Under the pieces are notes generated by a model. The model searched no databases and had not been told where the DNA came from. It saw nothing but the letters and a program-made list of their open reading frames with translations. Both the position numbers and the translations under genes were made by a program. A stretch of DNA of 64,000 bases, from contig NC_086108.1 of NCBI RefSeq assembly GCF_963921235.1, positions 930,001-994,000 of the forward strand. The letters run 5' to 3'. This document shows positions 62,085-64,000 of the stretch, one piece after another (the first letter of the stretch is position 1; each line of letters opens with the position of its first letter). Source of the stretch: Mobula hypostoma. Lineage: Eukaryota.

Positions 62085-64000
62085 ATCTAGGCCTTTCAAT
62101 ATTTGATAGATTTCAGTTGGATCCCCCCCTTCTTCATTCTTCTAATCCTAAACAGTACAGGCCCAGAGCCAATCAAATGCTCCTCATACATTAACCCTTT
62201 CTAGCTGTAGAATAGTTCACTCGAGGAATGGGGTGGTTGAGAACTTGGAGTCAGTTTTGTCTTAAAATGCCAATAACTATTCCGTACAGTTTTCTACCAT
62301 GTTGTAAAGGCAGCAAATGGTCATAGTGTACAGTTTCTGGCTGTCCCATTATAGGAAGTATGTTACAGGCTTTGGCAAGGATGTAGAAGAGGGTTTAGCT
62401 GAAAGCTGCCTGGATTAGAGGTCATGAACTGTAAGAGGAAGTTGACAAGCTTGGGTTGTTTTCGCTAGAGCCTCAGAGGTTGAAGGGAGACCTGGTGGAA
62501 GGTATTATTATTATGAGAGGCTCAGACAGGGTATCTTTTCCCCCACAGTAGGGCATGTATTTAGAGGGAGGAAAATTTAAGGGAGATGTGTGGAGCGGAC
62601 TGCTATGGGTAGTGTTGGTAGTGGCTTTTAAGAAGCTTTCAGTCAGGTGTATCAATATGCATGGAATGGAGAGAGTTGGATCATGTGGAGGTAGATGGCA
62701 TTAAGTTTAATTTGGTATAGGGTTCAGCACACACACGATGGGCCGAAGAGCCTGATCCTCTGCTGTACTGTTTGATAAGAAAGAAATTATTTACAAGAAT
62801 AAACCTCATAAAGACTTTAATTCTTATGTTCAAGTCAAGTCAAGTTTATTGTCATTTAGCTTTATGAATGTATACTGTCAAGCAAGACGTTTCTCCAGAT
62901 CAGGGTGTCAGGCACTGTACACATAACACACAATAGCTTAGGGAAAATAAGGATAAAATCTACAGATGAATTACACATAAATAAACTAAAGTGCATAAAT
63001 TAAATATGGTCAGGCACAGAACAGGTTAACCTGTGAAATTTCAAATGTGATGCCGCAGGGAGCTCAGAAGTCCAATGGCCTGAGGGAAGAATCTGTTTAC
63101 CATCTTGACTGTTCTTTGTGCTGGATGAATGGGTGGGATCCTTGATAATACTAAGGGCCCTGTGTACACAGACTTCCTGATAAATGTCCCTGATGAATGG
63201 TAGGGGTTGTTGTATTGAAGTTTTATAAGATGTTATTGAGGCCATATTTGGAGTATTTTGTGCAGTTCTGGTCACCTACCTACAGATAAGTTAATAATAA
63301 GATTGAAAGAGTACAGAAAAGATTTACAAGGATTTGTCGGGACTTGAGGACCTGAGTTAATAGGGAAAGGTAAAGAAAGCATGACAGCAGCTATATTTCA
63401 TTAGGAGTTTGAAGCGAATTGGTATGTCACCCAAGATACTTGCAAGTTTCTACAGATGTACTATAAAGAACATTCAAACTGCTGCATCACTGTTTGGTAT
63501 GGGGGTGCTGCACAGGACTGGAAAAAGCTGTAGAAAGTTGTAAACTCTGCCAGCTTCATCACGAGCATTAGCCTCCCAAACATCCAGGACACTTTCAAAA
63601 GGTGATGCCTCTATTATTAAGGATGCCCATCCCTCAGGATGTGCCCTCTTCTCATTGCTACCATCAGGGAGGAGGTACAGGAGCCTGAAGACACACACTC
63701 AACAGTTTAGGAATAGCTTCTTCCTCTCTGCCATCGGATTTCTGAATGGACAATGAATAATTTTTTAAAATCGTTTTGCACTGCTTATTTAATTTCCTTT
63801 TTTTATACATATAGTAATTTATAGTTGTACTACATATTACAATGTACTGCTGCCACATAAAAGAAATTTCACGACTTATGTCAGTGATAATGGACCTGAT
63901 TCGGATTCTGAAGGTTGAATAGGTTTGGACTTTATTCCTTGGACTGTAGGAGAATGAGGGGCAATTTGATAGAGGTATAGAAAACTCTGAGGGATATAGA

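Noticed and set aside
61483..64000. Final CLASRP coding exon and polyA site
   Set aside because: No acceptor followed by the expected short RS-rich terminal peptide was found; the region is repeat-derived, so the exon is probably beyond the window.

Overview
Vertebrate (eukaryotic) genomic DNA, not prokaryotic. The HE1-like V-SINEs, CR1, Rex1/Babar and Penelope repeats point to a cartilaginous fish, probably a ray (inference). The whole window lies inside one + strand gene, CLASRP (SFRS16, CLK4-associating SR-rich protein). Eleven coding exons splice in frame with GT-AG boundaries, from ...KALEEEKAMYS to ...SRSSSPRY; the first exons and the last exon lie outside the window. The introns are mostly transposon debris: one near full-length CR1 LINE, many nested CR1 copies, Rex1/Babar, RTE-like, Nimb/I-like (RNase H), Hero-like, Penelope (two GIY-YIG types), a Gypsy fragment, a solo LTR, Tc1/mariner and hAT MITEs, and minisatellites. 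Most interesting: (1) five hairpin-shaped Penelope pseudo-LTR insertions carrying minimal hammerhead-ribozyme motifs, with a one-sided ~33-35 nt tail and 12-14 bp TSDs; (2) a candidate in-frame 6-nt microexon with a UGC signal; (3) two +4 tandem splice donors that would shift frame and create premature stops; (4) a duplicated exon 3' end that keeps its donor site. Repeat family names come from motif recognition only, and repeat boundaries are approximate unless a TSD is given.
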